Source: Promethearchaeati archaeon (GTDB lineage: Archaea > Asgardarchaeota > Heimdallarchaeia > Heimdallarchaeales > Heimdallarchaeaceae). From it: a DNA stretch of 64,000 bases. How positions within the stretch are numbered: position 1 is the first letter of the stretch; every line of letters starts with the position of its first letter. A model generated the notes under the pieces. The model had not been told where the DNA came from, searched no databases, and worked only from the letters and a program-made list of their open reading frames with translations. Position numbers and translations under genes: made by a program. Below, in pieces: positions 1 through 8,747 of this stretch. The stretch is taken from assembly GCA_013166775.1 (NCBI GenBank), contig JABLTJ010000001.1, positions 130,237-194,236 on the forward strand. The letters are read 5' to 3'.

Positions 1-360
1 AATGTTGTTAAATTATTTAATATTGAAATCATAGTTCGTCTCATAGATGTCCATTCTCAAGAATTAACCAGAAAAACTGTTGCTTTTAATAGTCTCTATC
101 TCAATTCTGAGCAGAGTAAAACTACTACTGTTCCTTATGATAGTAGTTGGGGAGATGTTGGTCTCCAGCTTAAAGTTCTCCTTATTGCAGATAGAAGCGG
201 TTCATTTTCTAGTTTACATCTTGAAACTCATTGGCTTGATTTCTTTATTCTCAAAACTGGCTCTTTTGTTGTTAACTACTTCTGGATCTTTATCATAATA
301 GGCTTAGTTGTAATCTTTGGAGGAGCCTTGACACTCAAATTTACAGTATTTAGGAAGTGA
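1..360 (+). CDS. 3' end of a gene starting upstream of the window; C-terminal TM anchor (surface/membrane protein tail)
   Basis: Frame 1 is open from base 1 to TGA at 358-360 (120 codons, no ATG, so absent from the ORF track). The translation ends ...FVVNYFWIFIIIGLVVIFGGALTLKFTVFRK, one TM helix plus a short basic tail. The listed 80..298 ORF is in another frame and looks like a shadow. Confidence 0.5.
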   Translation, partial: NVVKLFNIEIIVRLIDVHSQELTRKTVAFNSLYLNSEQSKTTTVPYDSSWGDVGLQLKVLLIADRSGSFSSLHLETHWLDFFILKTGSFVVNYFWIFIIIGLVVIFGGALTLKFTVFRK

Positions 361-411
361 AAAAAAGAAAAAATAAAGAAGAATAAGATAGAGTTAATTT
401 ACAAGTTTTCT

Positions 412-717
412 TTATTCTCCTTTGAATGATTTCCAGTTTTTCACCAGCCATTCATATATCTTCATATACTTTTCATCTGCTACACTTTTCACCAATGTAT
501 GTAGTAAATCCTCTTCTATTTTTTGCAAATACTTCATAAGTAGATTATTATTACTTGGTAGTAACCAAGCTAATGAAGGTTCTATGCTTTTCTCTTGTAG
601 GTTCTGAAATGAGCACACCCCTATTCTCAGTTGTTTTCCTCCATATTCCACCGTTCCCCCTTCTTTAAGGTCACCATATAGTTTTATGAGCGATTTTTTT
701 TGTCGTTGAAAAGGCAC
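412..717 (-). CDS. hypothetical protein (possibly a gene fragment; only a GTG start is available)
   Basis: 101-codon ORF bounded by an upstream stop. No recognisable motif. First in-frame ATG is far internal. Confidence 0.3.
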   Translation of the reverse strand: MPFQRQKKSLIKLYGDLKEGGTVEYGGKQLRIGVCSFQNLQEKSIEPSLAWLLPSNNNLLMKYLQKIEEDLLHTLVKSVADEKYMKIYEWLVKNWKSFKGE

Positions 718-869
718 GTCCTAGTTCTCTAATGAAAGTGAAAGAAGAGGATCAAGAGTAAAGATAGAAATGGTTTCCCAATATCGTACAAAGTAAATAG
801 AGGTGAGTTTACAATAGCGATTATAGGATTAAGAAAGATTTAATTAATAATCATAATAAAATCTTTTTT

Positions 870-1067
870 ATGATAGAAGAACAACTTGATGAAACTATTC
901 AAGGAAAGGTACTAAAACGAAATATTATTTCTGTTTTTCCGTTTTTATTATCAACTGGATTGATTTCTAGTTTCATAGTTATTTTGTTTAAAGAGCGAAT
1001 TGCAGATTTATGGCTTTTCGCTTTAATTGGTTCATTAAGTGTTCTTGTTTTGATAGTTTCTGCATAG
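870..1067 (+). CDS. small membrane protein (2 predicted TM helices)
   Basis: ATG start; hydrophobic stretches ISVFPFLLSTGLISSFIVILF and LWLFALIGSLSVLVLIV. Confidence 0.4.
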   Translation: MIEEQLDETIQGKVLKRNIISVFPFLLSTGLISSFIVILFKERIADLWLFALIGSLSVLVLIVSA

Positions 1068-1107
1068 GTCTCTCTTAACTGAAAAACAATTTATTAAACA
1101 ACCAAAG

Positions 1108-1221
1108 ATGCACATTTTGCACAAAATACTTGGAATTATTTACTCACTAGGAGCAGCATTTATCGCCACAATCCTAATTATTGTAATTATTCTAGATAGA
1201 ATAATGATAGGTTGTGATTGA
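1108..1221 (+). CDS. possible 37-aa single-TM peptide
   Basis: ATG at 1108, TGA at 1219-1221; MHILHKILGIIYSLGAAFIATILIIVIILDRIMIGCD. Below the ORF-track size cut-off. Sits just after the 870..1067 membrane ORF. Confidence 0.2.
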   Translation: MHILHKILGIIYSLGAAFIATILIIVIILDRIMIGCD

Positions 1222-1353
1222 GTATTTCTCTTCTCTTCTTTTTCTATTGCTTCAATTGCACTTTAATTATCTAAATTTCTGAAGCAATATCACTTTAATT
1301 TTCTAAATATTAACTGATAAAAGTGTTTATAGTACTTTGCATTTTGAAGAAAA

Positions 1354-1542
1354 ATGGTTAAAACAAAAAACGTCAAACTCCTTAAAAATCGTAAAAATGT
1401 AAAAGAAATTGCGATTAAGAAGAAACTAGAGCGAGAAATTGAAGAAATATTGAGTCAGCAAATAACTGCAAATAACGATAGTAAAGATGGTATTTACTCG
1501 GCAAATGGAAATTCTATTCTTCGAAAAGATAAAAGAAATTAA
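1354..1542 (+). CDS. small Lys-rich hypothetical protein
   Basis: 62-aa ORF with ATG start, followed by an oligo-T run (aaactttttt). No motif recognised. Confidence 0.3.
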   Translation: MVKTKNVKLLKNRKNVKEIAIKKKLEREIEEILSQQITANNDSKDGIYSANGNSILRKDKRN

Positions 1543-1829
1543 ACTTTTTTATGATGATTTATTTTCTCATCAATATTTTGGATAATCACAATATCGTGAT
1601 TGTTTTTTACCAAAGCTAATATTTTCAACCAGTAAAGCTAAAAGTATCTTAGCACAGGCTGGTTATCGTCCTCAAGCTCTACATTAAACTTTTATTTTTT
1701 CTTTTTTTTCTTGAAATATTCTTTACTCAAAATTTTATTTATTTTGGAATATTTCGCATTTATTAAAATAGAAATTATAAATTAGGCATATCAATAAATG
1801 AGAAAAAAGGAAATTGAAATTAATTTCTA

Positions 1830-2372
1830 TTATTCTGGTAAAACAAACACATCTATCCATGGAAGCTCGAATGAGAACCATATGAATATGATTAAAGAAA
1901 CTACAATCAAAATTCCTATTACAATTTTTATTGCAAGATTATATTCGATTCTTTCAGTATTTTCATCTATAAGTGACACAGATACTCCTGTTAGCAACAC
2001 TACTACTAATGCCCATGTTAATTCTCTTGCTAATGGTAGATGATCCCCAACAAATGCTGGAACTAGATACCATATAATAAATATTATCCAAGGAACTAAT
2101 AGACTTGAAATTAATCTCGAGAATACAAATGATTGCTTGTTTTCAATTCTTTTTCTTATGATCAAATAATCAATACCAATTAACAATAGATACCCAATAA
2201 ATCCCATCTTCAAATGTTGAAATACTGATTCATCAGTTCCTGATATTATTTGGAAGAAAGGATTAGGACTTAGAGTATAAAGGAAGTGCAGAATTGCAAA
2301 TAAAACCATGAAAATGAAGCTTTTCAAAGCTATATACCCTATTCTTTTTTTCAAAGTTATTTCGTTTTCCAC
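1830..2372 (-). CDS. integral membrane protein (about 5-6 TM helices), unknown function
   Basis: 180 aa with repeated long hydrophobic segments and typical coding appearance. The antisense 1798..2043 ORF is a shadow. Confidence 0.7.
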   Translation of the reverse strand: MENEITLKKRIGYIALKSFIFMVLFAILHFLYTLSPNPFFQIISGTDESVFQHLKMGFIGYLLLIGIDYLIIRKRIENKQSFVFSRLISSLLVPWIIFIIWYLVPAFVGDHLPLARELTWALVVVLLTGVSVSLIDENTERIEYNLAIKIVIGILIVVSLIIFIWFSFELPWIDVFVLPE

Positions 2373-2433
2373 TTTTAAATCAACTCTAAAAGTTTTTCAG
2401 AGATAACTAGAAAAGCTGGCTTCTTAAATATTT

Positions 2434-3162
2434 ATGAAATACAAAAAAACTCCTCCACTCAGTCTCTCTTCCTTCAAAAAATATAAAATGAGCTTTAAAC
2501 CTTCAATTTTAATGAGTAACAGACGGAATAAAAAGAATCAAAAGATTCTAACTCTTTTGGAAGATAACTATCCTAAATTTAAAGGAGGTTTGACTAATTA
2601 TTCTTCTCCTTTCCAGTTATTGGTCGCAGCAATTTTAAGTGCTCAAAGCACTGATAAACAAGTTAATTCAGTAACTGAAGATTTATTTTCCCGCTTTCCT
2701 ACTCCTCAGGATTTCGCATCTGCTCCATTAGAAGATATTGAAAAAGCAATCGCAAAAGTTGGTCTCTATAAAAATAAGGCTAAATTTATCAAAGAATTGT
2801 CAATAAAACTAATAGAAGAATGTGATTCTGTTATCCCTACCACTCTAAAAGAGTTAATAAAATTGCCTGGTATAGGTAGAAAAACAGCGAATGTACTTTT
2901 GAATGATTGGTTTGAAATTCATGAAGGCATAGCTGTTGATACCCATGTCACACGTATTTCATATCGTTTAGGCTGGACAAAAAACAAGAATCCAATTAAA
3001 ATTGAGCAAGATTTGATGCAAATAATTCCAACAGAAAAATGGGGACGAATTACTCATCTACTGATATCTCATGGAAGGGCAATCTGTAAAGCTCAAAAAC
3101 CTCAGTGTTTAAACTGCTTCCTTTCGGAGCATTGTCCTAAATTTGGGGTTTCAGAAGAATAA
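2434..3162 (+). CDS. nth: endonuclease III (HhH-GPD DNA glycosylase/AP lyase with Fe-S cluster)
   Basis: LVAAILSAQSTDKQVN; HhH motif LPGIGRKTANVLL; catalytic-region DTHV; C-terminal C-x6-C-x2-C-x5-C (CKAQKPQCLNCFLSEHC). The real start may be the internal ATG at 2488 or 2512. Confidence 0.9.
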   Translation: MKYKKTPPLSLSSFKKYKMSFKPSILMSNRRNKKNQKILTLLEDNYPKFKGGLTNYSSPFQLLVAAILSAQSTDKQVNSVTEDLFSRFPTPQDFASAPLEDIEKAIAKVGLYKNKAKFIKELSIKLIEECDSVIPTTLKELIKLPGIGRKTANVLLNDWFEIHEGIAVDTHVTRISYRLGWTKNKNPIKIEQDLMQIIPTEKWGRITHLLISHGRAICKAQKPQCLNCFLSEHCPKFGVSEE

Positions 3163-3283
3163 TTTTCGCGTTATTTTCATATTGCCTTTTGTATATGATT
3201 TTTAAGTAAATCAAATTAACTTAATAATGCAATAAAATTTATGTAGGAAACTATAAACTAGTAATATCGAATAGAATTATAGG

Positions 3284-5593
3284 ATGAATAAAATGTCAAA
3301 AATTGATATTCTTCCTCCATTATTAACTCGAATAGGATTCAATGAAACAGACATTAAAGTATATGCTGCTACATTGGGGCTTGGAAAAGTTACAATAGGG
3401 GAACTATTGGTCGTAACTGGATTAGATCCTCTTACACTCATTCAATCAGTTAAGAATTTAGAAGAATTAGGCTTCCTAAAGAAAACTGTTGGAAGAACTC
3501 CTGTTTATTTTGGAATACTTCCGTTTCTAAAAGAATACATTGTTGTTGAAAAGGATGCTTTATACTCTCTAGATGGAGTAATTAACTCTCTTAAGGCTTC
3601 AAAAGAGGAATACAAAGAGAAAAAGGAGAAATTTGGCGGGACACTAGAACTCACAGGTGAAGGAACTGTTTTCGATATCCACGTGGTTAGTGGTTTAATC
3701 AAGCAGGTAGTTGATTCTCTGTACCAAAATTATTCAGACTACACAGATACAACAGAGATATCGGCTTCTGAATTTGTTGAAGCAATCCGAGCAGAGGTTG
3801 AGGGATATTTAACAAGAATAATGGATCAGCCATTAGTATTTTCTGCACAATTAGAAACCTACATTCAAGAGCTCAATGCTTTCATCAAGCAGTTTCATCA
3901 TACAGCAAATCAACATAGTGAACAGTTGCTAAACTCAATAGATGAGAAGACAAAAGAAACATTCGACAGTCTGAAGAAAATCATTAGTAACGGTCTTGAT
4001 GCTCATACTGACAATCATCATGATTTCTTAGATAAGCTTGCACCAGAGATAGATGTGGAGCTTAAGGAATTAATAGGTAAAATTTCGGAAATCCAAGAAT
4101 CTTTTTCTGATAATTACAACAAGGTTTGGCAAGAAGCATATTCAGGTTGGATTAATGAATCAAAGAGGATTGTTGATGCATTATCACAAAATGTGAATAA
4201 TATTTTCTCTGAGCAAATAAAGCAAACCCAAGAATTACGTAGAAGTGTTGAACAGATAGACAGACAAACAAATTTCTTATCCTCAAAAATTGCTGAGGCT
4301 ATTAATAGCATAGACAGTTCAGCTGTTCTAAAACTAGGAAAGGCTAGAAAACAAATTGAATCACCGTTAATAGATGCAAGAGATACAGTTAGAAATTTAG
4401 CAAACGATCTTAATGAAAGTGGCTTGCAATTAATTGATCAACATGTTCTAGCACTGAATGAAGTCAGAGATGACGTTAGATCGAAACTAGATCATTTCCA
4501 ACTTGATGGTGAAACTACAATAAGAACAAAGAAGAATCAGTTAATAGATGCTACATTAGAAAAAATAGATTTGCTTCCAAACGATTTACTAGATTTACTT
4601 CAAAATCAAACAGAGGAATATGCTAGATCCGCATATGATTCATGCTCACAGGTAACTCAAGAATTGAAACAAACAACAGATGAGCAACTGACAACTATGA
4701 AAGAACAAGCAACAAAGGAAGTTAAGATTTATGCGAATGAGCAATTTCAAGTGATAGAAAAGTTACAATCAGATGTTATAAAAGAATTAAGCAAATCAAA
4801 ACAAGATTCTGAAAAAATGGCTTTGGATTTAAAAGAAAAGCTACAATCTTCTGTTACTAGCTTTAATGAGCAAGTGAATACGAAAAAAGAAGCCTTTGCA
4901 CAAGAATTAACAGATACGAAACAGAATTTGAAAGATTACAAGGAAGAGAATAAAGATCAAATTATCAAGCAAGTTACTGAAGGGGAAGAAATTCAGATTA
5001 ATACTCTAGTGTCACAAGTTGCTTCTGTAATAAAAGATGTAGATGAAATTTTAGTATCTCAACTCGATTCTCTAATGGAAAAAGCGATGACATTCTATCA
5101 AGTCATTAATACTAGAGAAGATGAGTTAAAACAAATAAATAAATCAGCTTCTACTTATTCCTTCGATGGTCAACATAACACATCAATAATTGTTGGAGAA
5201 GAGGCTATTAAAGCAAGTGTTACGGATATTGCAATGCGTTCGAAGTTTGAGTTGCTTTTAGTAACTCCTGATGTCGATGAAGAATTATTAAAAGAAATGA
5301 TGCAATATACAAAAGCTCAACGAATAACATTAGTATCATCTTTTGATAAAAGTAAACACCAAACACTACTTAGACCTTTGTCAGAAAGATTCACAGGTTT
5401 GAAGTTAAAACATTATGCAAAGAAAGATGTTTTCTGTGGAATACTTGATGGTAATCAAGAAGCAATTTTCGCATTTCTTTCCACTGATGAAGTTCCAATT
5501 GCAGTTAGAACAACGAATGATCTTTTATTACAATTATTCAAAGCTGCAATAAATAGAGATGTTCTATTTCATTCAAGTGATGTAGAAGTATAA
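3284..5593 (+). CDS. TrmB-type winged-helix N-terminus + ~600-aa alpha-helical/coiled-coil region + conserved C-terminal alpha/beta domain
   Basis: N-terminal IKVYAATLGLGKVTIGELLVVTGLDPLTLIQSVKNLEELGFLKK resembles a TrmB HTH. The long E/K/Q/S-rich helical middle has no Pro/Gly breaks. The C-terminal ELLLVTPDVDEELLKEMM...ITLVSSFD parallels the C-terminus of the 48081..50333 ORF. Confidence 0.85.
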   Translation: MNKMSKIDILPPLLTRIGFNETDIKVYAATLGLGKVTIGELLVVTGLDPLTLIQSVKNLEELGFLKKTVGRTPVYFGILPFLKEYIVVEKDALYSLDGVINSLKASKEEYKEKKEKFGGTLELTGEGTVFDIHVVSGLIKQVVDSLYQNYSDYTDTTEISASEFVEAIRAEVEGYLTRIMDQPLVFSAQLETYIQELNAFIKQFHHTANQHSEQLLNSIDEKTKETFDSLKKIISNGLDAHTDNHHDFLDKLAPEIDVELKELIGKISEIQESFSDNYNKVWQEAYSGWINESKRIVDALSQNVNNIFSEQIKQTQELRRSVEQIDRQTNFLSSKIAEAINSIDSSAVLKLGKARKQIESPLIDARDTVRNLANDLNESGLQLIDQHVLALNEVRDDVRSKLDHFQLDGETTIRTKKNQLIDATLEKIDLLPNDLLDLLQNQTEEYARSAYDSCSQVTQELKQTTDEQLTTMKEQATKEVKIYANEQFQVIEKLQSDVIKELSKSKQDSEKMALDLKEKLQSSVTSFNEQVNTKKEAFAQELTDTKQNLKDYKEENKDQIIKQVTEGEEIQINTLVSQVASVIKDVDEILVSQLDSLMEKAMTFYQVINTREDELKQINKSASTYSFDGQHNTSIIVGEEAIKASVTDIAMRSKFELLLVTPDVDEELLKEMMQYTKAQRITLVSSFDKSKHQTLLRPLSERFTGLKLKHYAKKDVFCGILDGNQEAIFAFLSTDEVPIAVRTTNDLLLQLFKAAINRDVLFHSSDVEV

Positions 5594-5665
5594 ATCTACT
5601 CACTTCTTTTACACATTTTTAAATAAAGGCAATAGAAACTAGCAAGAAAACGTTTTTTACATTGA

Positions 5666-5920
5666 TTAATCAACATAAAATTTACAGGATCTCATATCTA
5701 AAAGATGTGGAAGTTTTTGAATTAAACCAGCTCTTACTAAAAGTTTTAACCCATGACGAACTGTTCTTGGTGCTAAACTGCACATCTCGACAATTTCTCT
5801 GCTAGTGATTGGACCATTTCCAATAACTATTTTATAAATTGTAATTGCGCTTGGAGGTAAATCTGATAAAAGCTCTTGTTTTAATTTTGGATTTTCTAGT
5901 GCTACTGCCACATATATCAA
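5666..5920 (-). CDS. small winged-helix (ArsR/MarR-like) DNA-binding protein
   Basis: 84 aa; GPITSREIVEMCSLAPRTVRHGLKLLVRAGLIQK has the HTH + wing pattern. Only a TTG start is available. Confidence 0.55.
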   Translation of the reverse strand: MIYVAVALENPKLKQELLSDLPPSAITIYKIVIGNGPITSREIVEMCSLAPRTVRHGLKLLVRAGLIQKLPHLLDMRSCKFYVD

Positions 5921-6409
5921 TCCTTTAGGGGTTGTTTAAAAATCAGCACAATCTCTTTTTAAATCTATTTGAAATCTACTCAGAAAAAAACAAGTCAAAT
6001 ATTGTTTTATTGGTTATATCTATCACAATTTTAAATCACAAGCATAATATACAAAAAAAACATTTTCTCCTTTTTTACTTTTTAAAAAATTGCACATATC
6101 CCCTTAAATTGGGGAAAACATTAATTTTGGAGCTCATACTAATTACTTGATTTTGGCAAGTTTAGAAGATAAAAATACAATAAGAATTGATTTTGCCATT
6201 TTGATAAGCAGCTTCAAGGACTAAATATAACTGTGAAGATGTAATCTGTGCACCTAAAAGTGAGTAAGGATTCAAAATAAGAAAACTTCAAATCTAATAA
6301 AAAACTGAAATTTAGAGGAAATAAATAACTTTTATTTTATTGCGGTTATTATTCCTTACGGTAAAATTATGTATTAATAGAGCATAGTTTGTTAGGAAGC
6401 AAGCAGATT

Positions 6410-7072
6410 TCATAATAGGGATTTGGATTCTTTAGCTGATAAATGTGCTAAATGTAAAGGAATTGGTATTTTATATTTAGAAGACATTAATTGCTTTATT
6501 ATTCTGAAAGAAGACTGGATAGATATTTTGTTTCCTGGTGAGATATAGATTGGGTTCCATTTTTCATTTGATCTATATTGGATTCCAACATCCCTTTCCT
6601 TAATTCTGATGTATTTTGTATTTTTATTTTTCGATGGAAAGTAATTGAAATATCTTAATGGTTTCTTAGCTACTCCAATTGCTGGTTTATTGGAAAGAAC
6701 ACCAAAGATAGTAGCAGAACCAGCGAAGTATGGATGCGCTATTCCGTGACCATCTATCAAGAACAAGTCAGGCATATTACTAAACGCCGGTAGGATTTTA
6801 AGAAAGAATGGAACTTCTCTCAGAAACAAGAAAGTTGGAATGTATGGAGAAGTTACATCATCTTTTAATATTCTTTTTTCGATTATCTCTTTCTTTTCTA
6901 TATCAAAAATAATACCCGCGACATAACCTTGTTTTCCTTTATACGCAACATCCAATGCTCCAACTTTTGAGATTCTCTTCAAACTATCTTTAATTACTGC
7001 TTTTTCAGCTAATCTTTTCTGAAATTCTCTTGCTTCTGACAAATTTTCAGGAAAATTAACTTTCATATACAC
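6410..7072 (-). CDS. nfi: endonuclease V (deoxyinosine 3' endonuclease)
   Basis: GALDVAY..., LIDGHGIAHPYFAGSATIFGV...PAIGVAKK match the endonuclease V catalytic motifs. Confidence 0.9.
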   Translation of the reverse strand: MYMKVNFPENLSEAREFQKRLAEKAVIKDSLKRISKVGALDVAYKGKQGYVAGIIFDIEKKEIIEKRILKDDVTSPYIPTFLFLREVPFFLKILPAFSNMPDLFLIDGHGIAHPYFAGSATIFGVLSNKPAIGVAKKPLRYFNYFPSKNKNTKYIRIKERDVGIQYRSNEKWNPIYISPGNKISIQSSFRIIKQLMSSKYKIPIPLHLAHLSAKESKSLL

Positions 7073-7127
7073 TCTCTCTTCAAATAGAATATGAAGATGA
7101 AATCATAAAAGATTTTTTCTCCACTTT

Positions 7128-8747
7128 CTAGTCTTCTTGGCAATTTAAAACATCGCAGTATTTTTCATAGGACGTTATTAAAAATCTTTTATCCAGTTTA
7201 TGGATTATTTTATCCCATGGTAGATTGTCATCAATTTTATATCGCCAAGTAGCTTCATCAGCGAATGATTTATTTTCATTTTTTAGTGCTTTCTTCCAAT
7301 TTCCTATTGTATTGCCCATTTGTCCTATTTGATGTATGATGGAGAAATAAGTTTGATTGCGTAATGATAAAATACGTTGAACTATAGCCCAGTTGGGATC
7401 GTATAAAGACAATTCAACATTCTTTAGTTGAAAAATATTCTTTCTATACCACTTCTGTTTATCTTTTGATTCATTTAAACTGTTCATTCTCGAAAATTGT
7501 AAAGGAGTATGTGCTTTTGTAATAAACTGATTCATGGATAAAGATATCTTACCTGTAGGAAAGTGTTGTTCTCTCATTGTTTTTACAAAGCTGAATGTCT
7601 TCTGTTTAACTTCTTCCTTTTCACAAGGGAATCCATATATCATATACATTTTTAATTGTCTGAATCCTTTATCCCAAGCTAATTTTGCAGCAGAAAAAAT
7701 AGTTTCATCTGACATTCTTTTATTTAATGCGTAACGAAGGGTTTCATCGCCTGTTTCAGGAGCTAAAGCTATAGTTCTTTGTTTTCCTTTCTGAAGAGCT
7801 GTGATTAGATTCTCTGTTAAATAATCAGCACGAATGGAAGAGCAAGATACCTCGTAACCTTTGGAAACTATATATTCAATTAGTTCATCCAATCTACCTG
7901 ATTGAGCAACTGCACTCCCATAAATAACTACTTTCTCAAAATTATTAACTTCTTCAGATTGATCTATAATTTTAGTAAGCGATTCAAAACTTCTAGCAGC
8001 TCGTGGGAAACGACAATGACCAGTAAAACAAAATAAACATCTTTCTGAACATCCTCTGTCTGTTTCAAGATAAAATGCTTTACCAAAGATTGGTTCATTC
8101 TTGGTCCCTTTGACATTTTCTGGAATTATCTGTTTTATAGGGTAATATGCATCTGAAATGCTTTTGATTTTCACACTTCTGATTTTTTCACCAAACCATT
8201 CTCCCTCTTCGTTGTAATGTAGTCCTAATCCCATAATGCCATTTACTGATGCAATTGATTCACGTATCTTCTTTTTTGACTTGTTCTCAAAAGCCTGAGA
8301 TAATTCTACATAAATTGGTTCTATATCACCAAGAAAGAAAACATCAGGCAAGAATAAAACCGGAAAAGGATTTGCTGTAGGAGATGGTCCTCCCATTATA
8401 ATAAATGGATCTTTTTCAGTTCTCTTCCTGATATCTGCATTGATTCCTCCCCTATGAAGAAGTTCTATTGCTGATAGATAATCATGTTCAAATTGACAAG
8501 AGATTGCCAAAATATCAAAATCAGAAATCTTTCTTTGACTCTCTAATGAATAAGGAGGAATTCTATGATCTAGAGGTTTGAAAATGCGCTCACATAAAAA
8601 ATTGTCATGCCTATTAAACAAGAAATAAAGTAATTGAACACCTAAACTGGTCATAGCCACTCTGTATGTATTTGGATAGATTAATCCAATTTTGATTTTA
8701 CCTGGAGACCAGTCTTTCTTAATAGCATTCTGTTCCTTAATTAGCAT
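7128..8747 (-). CDS. radical SAM enzyme with N-terminal B12-binding-like domain
   Basis: CX3CX2C motif in RGCSERCLFCFTGHC. N-terminal Rossmann-like KIKIGLIYPNTY...DILAISCQFEHDY is typical of B12-binding radical SAM proteins. Overlaps the upstream gene by 11 nt. Confidence 0.85.
   Translation of the reverse strand: MLIKEQNAIKKDWSPGKIKIGLIYPNTYRVAMTSLGVQLLYFLFNRHDNFLCERIFKPLDHRIPPYSLESQRKISDFDILAISCQFEHDYLSAIELLHRGGINADIRKRTEKDPFIIMGGPSPTANPFPVLFLPDVFFLGDIEPIYVELSQAFENKSKKKIRESIASVNGIMGLGLHYNEEGEWFGEKIRSVKIKSISDAYYPIKQIIPENVKGTKNEPIFGKAFYLETDRGCSERCLFCFTGHCRFPRAARSFESLTKIIDQSEEVNNFEKVVIYGSAVAQSGRLDELIEYIVSKGYEVSCSSIRADYLTENLITALQKGKQRTIALAPETGDETLRYALNKRMSDETIFSAAKLAWDKGFRQLKMYMIYGFPCEKEEVKQKTFSFVKTMREQHFPTGKISLSMNQFITKAHTPLQFSRMNSLNESKDKQKWYRKNIFQLKNVELSLYDPNWAIVQRILSLRNQTYFSIIHQIGQMGNTIGNWKKALKNENKSFADEATWRYKIDDNLPWDKIIHKLDKRFLITSYEKYCDVLNCQED

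Noticed and set aside
80-298. 72-aa ORF on the + strand at the window start
   Set aside because: Frame 1 (1-360) is open across the whole region and gives a sensible C-terminal TM-anchored tail. The 80-298 frame is Leu/Ile/Ser-rich low-complexity shadow sequence.
1551-1557. Perfect C-box heptamer ATGATGA in the 1543-1829 spacer
   Set aside because: No CTGA D or D' boxes lie at appropriate spacing on that strand. The heptamer is just two tandem ATG codons of a tiny ORF.
5932-6150. 72-aa ORF in the long AT-rich spacer
   Set aside because: It has extremely biased composition (N/K/I/L/F), no motif, and begins at a non-ATG codon. It looks like random open frame in AT-rich DNA.
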